DNA from: Anaerolineae bacterium
GTDB lineage: Bacteria > Chloroflexota > Anaerolineae > Fen-1058
Reading direction: 5' to 3'
NCBI GenBank assembly: GCA_036514635.1
Contig: DATBWU010000164.1
Span: 337 to 64,336, forward strand
Length of the DNA stretch: 64,000 bases
Shown: positions 52,420-60,293 of the stretch, piece after piece
Position numbering within the stretch: the first letter of the stretch is position 1
Layout of the letters: every line of letters begins with the position of its first letter
The notes under the pieces: generated by a model
Database searches by the model: none
Seen by the model: only the letters and a program-made list of their open reading frames with translations
What the model was told of the DNA's origin: nothing
Program-made: the position numbers and the translations under genes

Positions 52420-52527
52420 TGTGCGCGACTTGCGGAAATGAAATACCAGCCGAGTTCCGCTCTCAACGTTCCTCGGCTGGTAGTGGTGAAGATAAGCGCA
52501 TCATGTGCGCTCGTCTTCGTTATTAAT
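52420..52527 (+). CDS. candidate 35-aa Cys-containing small ORF (MCATCGNEIPAEFRSQRSSAGSGEDKRIMCARLRY)
   Basis: ATG preceded by AAGGAG (4-nt spacer). CxxC at the N-terminus. Below the ORF-track length cut-off. It could equally be the stump of a zinc-ribbon gene. Confidence 0.2.
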
Positions 52528-52892
52528 TATACCAGAAATCTTCGCCATAATGCAATGGCTCAAAAGTTAAGAAATCGTTTCCGGCTTAGGGCCCAATCGC
52601 TGCCAATCATGTATCTCCTGCCCGACCAGAATGATCCTTGCGATGTTCGCCGTCTTCGCCCTGTGGGCGCTGCTGGCAAGCCTCGGGCTGTTGTTCCCCG
52701 ACTCGCCCTCTGGCACTCAAGCGGAGGGGATGCGAGTTGACTCGAGCGCACCGCCGGTATTGCGTCTGCGTCGCTGCCGGCGCTTGCGCGCAGGTCTACC
52801 TCCATAGGGTATGGGTACACGCGCGACAACTACCGTGATGATCCCGCCTACGACGACTATCCGGTCATGAGCGTAGTGAAGGTAGTTGGTCT

Positions 52893-53103
52893 AGGTCACA
52901 TGTCCTGATCATCAATGCCCGTCCGGATGCTGAGACGTAGGGGCTGGCGGGACGATCCTCAGGCATGTAACGAGAGGCGACGCCGTGCACGTCTTGATCC
53001 TGACCGACGGCGTGATGGCGCGCCATAGCCAAGTGGACCGGCAGAAAGCGGCTGCATGGCAGGTGTGCCTGGCTCTGGCATTAGCTTCGGAACGGCCGAC
53101 ACG
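52893..53103 (+). pseudogene. fragment of a PIG-L/LmbE-family deacetylase gene
   Basis: VLIINARPDAET* resembles the hhhhxAHPDDxE motif with an in-frame stop. After a frameshift, RGDAVHVLILTDGVMARHSQVDRQKAAAW resembles the G-x-V-x-V-h-h-LT-x-G segment. Only about 70 of the expected ~230 aa remain. Confidence 0.35.
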
Positions 53104-54597
53104 ATGATAGTGGCTAAGGATAGCGTTACAAAAGGGCAGTCAACTTGTGGTCTCGTCTACCAGCTCTGCCAGATCTTGAAGGCAGAAGGTGTCGTCTATT
53201 GCCATTGGAAGAGCAATGTCGCACTCGATCGTTCAGCCAGAGGCGACGCCGATCTCGATCTCCTGGTCAGTCGCGCTAGTGTGAGGCAGTTCACGGACAT
53301 TCTGTATCGGTTGGGTTTTAAGGAAGCGCGGGCGTTGTCGAGACAAAAGATGCCAGGTGTTCTGGATTACTACGGGTACGATGAGGCGGTCGATCAGCTC
53401 ATTCACGTTCACGCCCATTATCAGCTCATACTGGGCGACGACATGACGAAGAATTACCGACTTCCTATCGAGAGGCCGTTCCTTGAATCGGCGGCTCAAG
53501 GCGACTTGTTCAAGATCCCTGCACCTGAATTCGAACTTATCGTGTTCGTGATTCGGATGGTGCTGAAACATTCAACCTGGGATGCTATTCTGAGCGGACA
53601 GGGAGCCTTGCCCACTGCGGCGCGGCGAGAGCTGGAGTACTTGCGAGCACAGGTTAACCCAGGCCGCATGTACGACATCTTGCGGGAACACTTGCCCTGT
53701 ATCGATGCGTCACTGTTCGATCGCTGCCTGCAGTCGTTACAACCGGATTGTCTGCTTTGGACTCGCGTCAAGACGGGACAGCAGCTTCAGGGCGCGTTAA
53801 AGGCTCATGCGCGCCGATCATACGTTTCCGATGTTGGTTTGAAGTTCGGGCGTCGGGTTACTGGGCTGATTCGACATCGAATTTTGGGGCGGCGGAGTAA
53901 AAGACGTCTGGCGAGCGGCGGCGCGATCATCGCCCTCGTCGGGGGAGATGGCGCTGGCAAGTCAACGGCCGTCAAGAATGTCTACGCCTGGCTTTCAACC
54001 TTCGACACGATCAAAGTGCATATGGGTAAACCGCCCCAGTCATTAGCGACTTTCGCTGTTAGAGGAATATCGAAGGTCACCAGCTGGCTTGGCATATTGC
54101 TGAAGCGGAATTGGTCTGTTCAAGCTGGAGCGGAGGCCGGGTCCTCTGCATTCTTCAAATACCTTTGGTTATTGCGACGTGTTCTGATAGCCCGTGACCG
54201 TTATCGGACTTACGCCAGGGCGCGCCGTTTCGCGACAAATGGCGGACTGGTGGTCTGCGATCGGTATCCCGTCCCTGAAGTCAAATTGATGGATGGGCCG
54301 CAATCTGACCGCGTAAACAAGACCGGTCAGACGAATCGACTTGTCGAGTCTTTGATCCAGTCGGAAAAGAGATACTATCAGCAAATGATGCCCCCCGACC
54401 TGCTGATCGTGTTGCGAATCGACCCCGAGATTGCTGTTCAACGCCGGGCGGATGAGGAAGCAGCCTTTATTCGAGCGCGTTGCCGGGAGATATGGGAGAT
54501 AGGCTGGGGGCATACGCGCGCCCACGTTATTGATGCCAGCCGATCAATAGCAGATGTGCTGTCTGATATGAAGTCTCTGGTATGGACACATCTCTAA
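53104..54597 (+). CDS. two-domain protein A: N-terminal NTase-like domain fused to a C-terminal P-loop (dTMP-kinase-like) domain
   Basis: N-terminal: VVYCHWKSN...GDADLDLLVSRASVRQFTDILYRLGFKE...HVHAHYQL. C-terminal: Walker A ALVGGDGAGKST, then LVVCDRYP and a lid-like RRADEE. The start at 53104 is chosen because it aligns with paralog A' (32 vs 31 residues before CHWKSN). Confidence 0.7.
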   Translation: MIVAKDSVTKGQSTCGLVYQLCQILKAEGVVYCHWKSNVALDRSARGDADLDLLVSRASVRQFTDILYRLGFKEARALSRQKMPGVLDYYGYDEAVDQLIHVHAHYQLILGDDMTKNYRLPIERPFLESAAQGDLFKIPAPEFELIVFVIRMVLKHSTWDAILSGQGALPTAARRELEYLRAQVNPGRMYDILREHLPCIDASLFDRCLQSLQPDCLLWTRVKTGQQLQGALKAHARRSYVSDVGLKFGRRVTGLIRHRILGRRSKRRLASGGAIIALVGGDGAGKSTAVKNVYAWLSTFDTIKVHMGKPPQSLATFAVRGISKVTSWLGILLKRNWSVQAGAEAGSSAFFKYLWLLRRVLIARDRYRTYARARRFATNGGLVVCDRYPVPEVKLMDGPQSDRVNKTGQTNRLVESLIQSEKRYYQQMMPPDLLIVLRIDPEIAVQRRADEEAAFIRARCREIWEIGWGHTRAHVIDASRSIADVLSDMKSLVWTHL

Positions 54598-55313
54598 CGC
54601 AAGTTTCAGCTGAAAACGCGTTTGCGGAGAGATTACCGCTCATCGCGGAAGTCGTCGGCCCGGCGGGCGCAGGCAAGACCACGCTTGTGCTGGCCCTGAG
54701 CCAACGCAATGAAAGAATCCGGACGGTGTTTAGCCTCCGCAGAGTAAGGTACATTCCGTCCTTCGTCGGTCACGCTTTTTCGCTGCTGCCAACGTTTCTT
54801 CGCCAGTCCCGAAATGGCAGCGGGTTTACCTGGCAAGAGATAAGGCTGATGACACATCTCGAGGCGATGCAGCATGCTTTTGGGCGAACGGCGCCGAATT
54901 ATCGCGGGGTGACGATTCTGGATCAAGGGCCAGTCTATATGCTGGCTCGGCTGCATAGTTTTGGTTTCGGGAACGTGAGGGGCCGGAGCCTTGCGCAATG
55001 GTGGAGTGATCTACTCGACCGATGGGCGGCTAATTTGGATATGCTCATTTGGCTTGATGCATCGGACATGACCCTGGTGGACCGTATTCACGCACGCGGC
55101 AAGTGGCACTCTGTAAAGGAGAAACCTGAGCAAGAGGCACTTCAATTCCTGGCGGGTTTCCGCGCATCTTGTGAGCAGATCATCGCTCGATTGACGGCTC
55201 ACGGCGGCCCGAGGGTGCTTTATTTCAATACCGATCGGGAAGCGCCGGATCAGATTGTGGCTGAGATTCTGGCTGAATTTGATTCAAAAAGAGTATGGGG
55301 TAGGCGAGCGTAG
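54582..55313 (+). CDS. small P-loop NTPase/kinase-like protein B
   Basis: Walker A VVGPAGAGKTT, Walker-B-like TILDQGPV, and IWLDASDMTLVDRIHARG (nucleotide-kinase-like). Overlaps the end of A by 16 nt. Confidence 0.65.
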   Translation: MDTSLTQVSAENAFAERLPLIAEVVGPAGAGKTTLVLALSQRNERIRTVFSLRRVRYIPSFVGHAFSLLPTFLRQSRNGSGFTWQEIRLMTHLEAMQHAFGRTAPNYRGVTILDQGPVYMLARLHSFGFGNVRGRSLAQWWSDLLDRWAANLDMLIWLDASDMTLVDRIHARGKWHSVKEKPEQEALQFLAGFRASCEQIIARLTAHGGPRVLYFNTDREAPDQIVAEILAEFDSKRVWGRRA

Positions 55314-55380
55314 CGTGCGACGAAGCAATTCCTCGCTGACCGCCGCAGAGATTGCTTCGCAAAAAGCGCTCGCCATGACG
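55314..55380. repeat. palindromic repeat (gcgacgaagcaatt ... agattgcttcgc ... cgctcgccatgacg)
   Basis: Inverted cgaagcaat/attgcttcg core, related to the element at 13835-13907. Confidence 0.55.
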
Positions 55381-55402
55381 AATCTAACATAGTCGAACGA
55401 TT

Positions 55403-56974
55403 ATGCTCAAGACATTGCCCAACATCAAAACTTTATCCAGGTATCTCTCCGGCGAGAGTCTGACCCAGAAAGCTTCTCTAAACGCGCTGGCCGCAGCCCT
55501 GGACTATGGGGCGCGATTAGTGACGGGCTTTCTGCTGAACCCTTTGCTGCTGGCCGGATTGGGCAATTATCTGTATGGCGCGTGGCAGGTGCTGGTGCGC
55601 TTGATCGGGTACATCTCAGCCGCAAGTGGCCGCCCGACTCAGACTCTCAAATGGACCATCGCGAATCAGCAGGCCTCGACCAATTACGAAGAGAAGCGCC
55701 GAAATGTCGGCAGCGCCATCGTTGTCTGGTTTCGGTTCCTGCCGATCCTTGCGGCAATTGGAGGATTACTCGCTTGGTTTGCACCTGACTGGCTCAATGC
55801 ACCGGCGGAATTCGTCTGGTTCGTGCGCTTGGCCGCGGGGGTGCTTGTAGTAGACCTGATTGTGACCAATTTGGTTGATGTGCCGGAGTCGGTGCTACGG
55901 GGTGAAAACCTGGGATACAAGCGCATGGGCCTTACCACACTCCTGGTGTTCGTGCAAGGGGGAGTGATTGCTGCGGCTGTGTACTTTAAGACGGGCATTA
56001 TCGGCGTGGCCGTGGCTGTGCTTCTGGATACCGTATTGACCGGTGTGTTATTTCTGTACATCGTCCGTTCCTACGTCCCCTGGTTCGGCATTGCCAGGCC
56101 CTCAGCTGCAGCGGTGCACCGTTTTTTTGGGCTAAGCTGGTGGTTTCTGATCTGGCGACTGATCATGCAACTGATGATGGCCAGCGACGTGGTCGTGCTG
56201 GGTATGCTCGACTCGGTTGAGAAAGTGACAACCTATACACTCACAAAGTATGTCCCGGAAGCGCTGATCAGTTTGGTGGCCATTGTGGTGAGCGGGGTCA
56301 CGCCTGGGCTGGGCGGCATGATCGGGGCCGGAAAGTTGGCAAAGGCAGCGCATATACGAAGCGAGATTATGGCGGCAACGTGGCTTATCGCGACTGCTGC
56401 GGGAACGACGATGCTGTTGTGGAGTCGTGCGTTTGTTCAGCTGTGGGTGGGGGCAGAGTACCATGCGGGGTCCATATCCACCTTGTTCATCATGTTGATG
56501 ATGATGCAGTTCGTTCTCATTCGGAACGATGCCACGTTCATCGATCTGACGCTTAACTTGCGCCGCAAAGTGCTCATAGGCATAGTATCGGCGGCTATAT
56601 CTCTCGTCTTGGCTGGAGTCTTGGTGGGGCACTTCAATCTGGGCATCATCGGTCTGTGCTTGGGGCTCATGGCGGGTCGTTCCATTCTCAGCCTGGGCTA
56701 CCCCTGGCTCATTGGACGGTTGCTTGGAGTTTCGTTCGCTTCTCAGCTCAAGAGCGGGCTCAGGCCCGCATTCGTCACGGCTGTTTTCTTCGCATTCACG
56801 CTAGGCGTAAGCGACCTGTTGGCCGCGGACAATTGGATTGACCTTATTCTCTCGGCCGGGGTGACGGTGGTCTTGGCGTCGCTACTGGCATTCTACGCCG
56901 GCTTAACGGGTGATCAGCGCAAGCGTGTGTTGCATCGAGTACAAGCAGTCACGCGGCCCGCTGCGACAGATTGA
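55403..56974 (+). CDS. MOP/PST-family oligosaccharide flippase (Wzx-like)
   Basis: 523 aa, about 12-14 predicted TM helices, and a typical N-terminal SLTQKASLNALAAALDYGARLVTGFLLNPLL. Confidence 0.75.
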   Translation: MLKTLPNIKTLSRYLSGESLTQKASLNALAAALDYGARLVTGFLLNPLLLAGLGNYLYGAWQVLVRLIGYISAASGRPTQTLKWTIANQQASTNYEEKRRNVGSAIVVWFRFLPILAAIGGLLAWFAPDWLNAPAEFVWFVRLAAGVLVVDLIVTNLVDVPESVLRGENLGYKRMGLTTLLVFVQGGVIAAAVYFKTGIIGVAVAVLLDTVLTGVLFLYIVRSYVPWFGIARPSAAAVHRFFGLSWWFLIWRLIMQLMMASDVVVLGMLDSVEKVTTYTLTKYVPEALISLVAIVVSGVTPGLGGMIGAGKLAKAAHIRSEIMAATWLIATAAGTTMLLWSRAFVQLWVGAEYHAGSISTLFIMLMMMQFVLIRNDATFIDLTLNLRRKVLIGIVSAAISLVLAGVLVGHFNLGIIGLCLGLMAGRSILSLGYPWLIGRLLGVSFASQLKSGLRPAFVTAVFFAFTLGVSDLLAADNWIDLILSAGVTVVLASLLAFYAGLTGDQRKRVLHRVQAVTRPAATD

Positions 56975-56986
56975 GGCACACCCACA

Positions 56987-58294
56987 ATGCAGACTTACTT
57001 CAATCCTTCATCTTCAAGCGTCGGCTCGCGCCATCCCGCCCTCGATCCGGTGAATGTGCTGTTTCTGATTGGCGCATTCTTAGCCCCTTGGGATTTGAGC
57101 TTAGGCGGGAGCGGCTTCACGGCCTACGATGTTGTGCTGGTGGTTGTGGCGTTCATGATGCTCGCTACTCGTCGACGATGGCAGTTCTTATCCTTCCAAT
57201 TCACAGCGGCAGTCTATGTGTTTATCCTGTTCGCCGTGTTAAGTACATTTCGTGCGCCTCAGCCAGTCGAATCATTGACCCAGATTGTGCAGTTCATCTT
57301 CATTTTCTTTGTCCAGATTCCGATCATTTTCACTTTAGTCAAATCTCAATGGCTGTTCCGCATGAGCCTGCTCATGTTTGTGAGCGGGATGTTGGTAGGA
57401 GTGATCTCGTCTCTTGCTGTTGAACGTTTTCAGGGCGCAGGGCGTACGCTCGCATTTTACAGCGAAAATCCTAATCGGCTCGGCTATACGACCGCGTACT
57501 TTCTTCCGTTTGTGCTGCATCTATTGTTCGAGGCCTGGCGCACGAGGCGCACGCTAGCCGTTATTCTGGCATCGGGCGCGCTCCTGCTCATGATCTGGGC
57601 GCTGCTTGCCTCCGGTTCGCGCAGTGCGACAGTAGGGACGCTGGTCACGGCCGTGGTCTTTCTAACCTTTTATCGTGGGTTCGAGATCAATCTGAAAACC
57701 ATGCTTCGATTGCTCTTGGTTGTGGCGGTAATCGGATTGGTGAGTTACTGGTTCTATCAGTCTGATTTCTTTCCGGCCACGCTGCGCCACCGCATCGAAC
57801 GCACGCTGATGCAGGAGGCCAGCCTGACTCGGGATCGAACGAGCCTGGCTGAAGCGGGTTGGCTCGCCTTTCTGGATTCGCCTTTCATCGGCGTGGGGTT
57901 CGATAACTTTCGATACGTGGCCGGCCAATACGTGTTTATGACCCATCAACTCCCACACAACATGTGGCTCCAGTTCCTGGCGCAAATCGGCCTTGTTGGA
58001 ACCTTGGCGTTTTTTGCCCTGCTCGTGCGCTGGTTCGTGCCGATGTTCCGGGCGCAAGGCGCGATCGAAGATCGTTCGCAGCGCGAGCTGATGTGGGCGT
58101 TTATCGCCTCTATGATCGGGATCATTACGATCTACATGTTTGTGCCGTTGATGATCCAGCGACAATACTGGTTGATCTACGGACTGGGGCTGGTGCTGGC
58201 GAACGGCTTGCGCGAAGGGCAAGCACGGAGCATGCCAGAGTCGCATCAGCTTCCGGGGATTCTTTCCCGGCAGGGCACGGCCTTGAGCGCCTGA
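56987..58294 (+). CDS. O-antigen ligase/polymerase family membrane protein (Wzy-like)
   Basis: Polytopic. Wzy_C-like loop SGSRSATVG and FIGVGFDNFRY...HNMWLQFLAQIG. Confidence 0.75.
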   Translation: MQTYFNPSSSSVGSRHPALDPVNVLFLIGAFLAPWDLSLGGSGFTAYDVVLVVVAFMMLATRRRWQFLSFQFTAAVYVFILFAVLSTFRAPQPVESLTQIVQFIFIFFVQIPIIFTLVKSQWLFRMSLLMFVSGMLVGVISSLAVERFQGAGRTLAFYSENPNRLGYTTAYFLPFVLHLLFEAWRTRRTLAVILASGALLLMIWALLASGSRSATVGTLVTAVVFLTFYRGFEINLKTMLRLLLVVAVIGLVSYWFYQSDFFPATLRHRIERTLMQEASLTRDRTSLAEAGWLAFLDSPFIGVGFDNFRYVAGQYVFMTHQLPHNMWLQFLAQIGLVGTLAFFALLVRWFVPMFRAQGAIEDRSQRELMWAFIASMIGIITIYMFVPLMIQRQYWLIYGLGLVLANGLREGQARSMPESHQLPGILSRQGTALSA

Positions 58295-58339
58295 ACTATC
58301 CTCCCAACTCGCCGGGGCCTGCAACGGAAAAGGGATTCG

Positions 58340-59467
58340 ATGCAAGAAGGAAATTCGCCGAGTATGTCCAATAAGCCGAAGGAGCGCCTGGCTGTGTTGC
58401 AAATCCTGCTCTCGATAACCGAGACCAGTGGTGCATACAATCAGCATTGTCTTGCAATGCCTGATAAGCGTGACATTACGATATGCACCTACTTCAGACC
58501 GAGCATGGCCGTCCCCAAAGAACTCACCTTGCTTGCGGGCGATAACTCGCTTATCGGCTTCTTGCGTACCCTGAAAGCGGCCCTGGCCGAGAAAAAATTC
58601 GACATCATCCATGCTCACTCGCCGCATGTGGGGTTTTTGTTCGTGGTGTTCGACCTGCCGAGGCTGCGGAAATTCAAGCGCAGCACAGTCTATAACGTGC
58701 AAAACTCATATCAGAACTACAAACTGAGAAACAAGTTGCTGATGATTCCGGTCTTCGCTTATTTTCAACGAGTGGTTTGTTGCAGCCAGGCCTGTCTTGA
58801 GAGCTTTCCGCGCTTCTACAAATGGTTGGCCGGTGACAGGCTTTGCGTCATTCCCAATGGGCTGGATGTGGATCGGGTCGATCGGATCATGGCCTATTCA
58901 CCGCGGCTTCATCAGAATGGTACCTTTATCGTGGCCTCGGTAGGACGGCTGATCGAGATCAAGAATCCTTTTGCCATCTTAAGCGCATTTCAGCAAAGCG
59001 ATGATCAACTCAGCCGCTTGATGTTTATCGGCGAAGGACATTTGCGCGACTCGCTCGCGACGGAAATCGAAGCCCGTGGCCTGTGCGAACGGGTCGAGCT
59101 GACGGGGTTGATACCAAGAGACAAGGTCTTCGAGAACTTGAGTAAAGCGGATGTCGTCGTTTCTGCTTCTCGGGGGGAAGGGCTGCCGGTGGCTGTGATC
59201 GAGGCGATGGCCTGCCGCTGCCCGGTGATTCTGTCTGATATAGAACCCCATCGAGAGATTGCGGCCGGCGCCGACTTTATTCCTCTCATTCATCCCGATG
59301 ACGTCTCCGGATTTGCTCGAGGCATCGAGAGGTTTAGACAGATGTCAGCCTCGGAGAGAGCAGAGATCGGCGAGAAATGCAGAAGACTCGCCGAGGAGCG
59401 CTATGGCCTGACGGCGATGCACAGGGGATACCAAGAAGTCTATACCCAAGTGCTTGGCAAACATTGA
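58340..59467 (+). CDS. GT4-family (GT-B) glycosyltransferase
   Basis: E-x7-E region SASRGEGLPVAVIEAMACRCPVILSDI. N-terminal Rossmann half with HAHSPH. The start may be the internal ATG at 58364. Confidence 0.85.
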   Translation: MQEGNSPSMSNKPKERLAVLQILLSITETSGAYNQHCLAMPDKRDITICTYFRPSMAVPKELTLLAGDNSLIGFLRTLKAALAEKKFDIIHAHSPHVGFLFVVFDLPRLRKFKRSTVYNVQNSYQNYKLRNKLLMIPVFAYFQRVVCCSQACLESFPRFYKWLAGDRLCVIPNGLDVDRVDRIMAYSPRLHQNGTFIVASVGRLIEIKNPFAILSAFQQSDDQLSRLMFIGEGHLRDSLATEIEARGLCERVELTGLIPRDKVFENLSKADVVVSASRGEGLPVAVIEAMACRCPVILSDIEPHREIAAGADFIPLIHPDDVSGFARGIERFRQMSASERAEIGEKCRRLAEERYGLTAMHRGYQEVYTQVLGKH

Positions 59468-59483
59468 CACGGGGAGCCTTCAC

Positions 59484-60293
59484 GTGCACGCCATGCAGAT
59501 CGAGTTAATCGGTTGTACCGGTGCGGGCAAATCGACTTTGGCTGAGGGCATGTTGCTGGCCTCCCGCCGGCAGGGAATTGACATGCTCATGGGCGACACC
59601 TTTGTGCTGAAGCAACACCGGCTGGATTGGATTTCGAGCAAACCGGCGCGGACGCTGCTGATCGATCTCTTTTCGCTGTGGACCTGTCTGGTCACCTGGC
59701 GGCGAAATTCTGAGTTTTACACTTTTGCACTCCGGATCATTTTTCGGCTGCCAGTGGGCTGGCTTGAAAAGCTTAATCTGGCCAGGAATGTTCTGAAGAA
59801 AATTGGAATCTATGAAATCATTCGGCGCCACGGCCGTGACCGGCAAATCATACTGGTCGATGAGGGAACATTGCATGCGGCCCACAATCTGTTTGTCCAT
59901 GTGTCCGTTCGGCCGAATGCCGACGACCTGGCAACCTTCGTCAGATTGGTGCCCCGGCCAGAGTGGGCTATCTACGTGATGCACAGCGAGTCGGTCTTAA
60001 TCGAGAGGACTCTCCAGCGCGGGCATAAGCGCATCCCCGATCGCTCGTATGCCAATGTAGAGCTTTTCGTCAAGCGGGCGGTGGAGATATTCGATGGACT
60101 GCGCCGGCAACCGGAGCTCGAAGGAAGATTACTGGCGATAGATCGTCAGCAGGATCTGATCGTCAGTTCTCATGATCCCGGCGATCCATTCTTGGCAGAC
60201 ATCTTGAGCATCATTCGGGCCGGTATGGAGACTGACCTGGTGAACAACGCGGCCCGGCCCGGCCTGCGACAAGACGCGGCGGTGTCCGTATGA
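59484..60293 (+). CDS. small P-loop NTPase/kinase-like protein B'
   Basis: Walker A LIGCTGAGKST, Walker-B-like ILVDEGTLH, and IYVMHSESVLIERTLQRGHKR. The GTG at 59484 follows GGGGAG by 7 nt. The ATG at 59493 is an alternative start. Confidence 0.65.
   Translation: MHAMQIELIGCTGAGKSTLAEGMLLASRRQGIDMLMGDTFVLKQHRLDWISSKPARTLLIDLFSLWTCLVTWRRNSEFYTFALRIIFRLPVGWLEKLNLARNVLKKIGIYEIIRRHGRDRQIILVDEGTLHAAHNLFVHVSVRPNADDLATFVRLVPRPEWAIYVMHSESVLIERTLQRGHKRIPDRSYANVELFVKRAVEIFDGLRRQPELEGRLLAIDRQQDLIVSSHDPGDPFLADILSIIRAGMETDLVNNAARPGLRQDAAVSV

Noticed and set aside
52351-52740. 129-aa TTG-initiated ORF in the AT-rich island edge
   Set aside because: The start codon is the TTG of a promoter-like TTGACA. 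The translation has no motifs and overlaps better-supported short frames.
52740-52895. Possible formylglycine-generating-enzyme-like fragment (…VYLHRVWVH… / GYGYTRDNYRDDPAYDDYPVMSV)
   Set aside because: The resemblance to FGE/SUMF1 motifs is too weak and is split over frames. It cannot be supported without BLASTX.
57662-58702. 346-aa minus-strand ORF spanning the wzy/GT4 junction
   Set aside because: It crosses a gene boundary and has no motifs. The plus-strand products are a coherent polytopic membrane protein and a GT4 enzyme.
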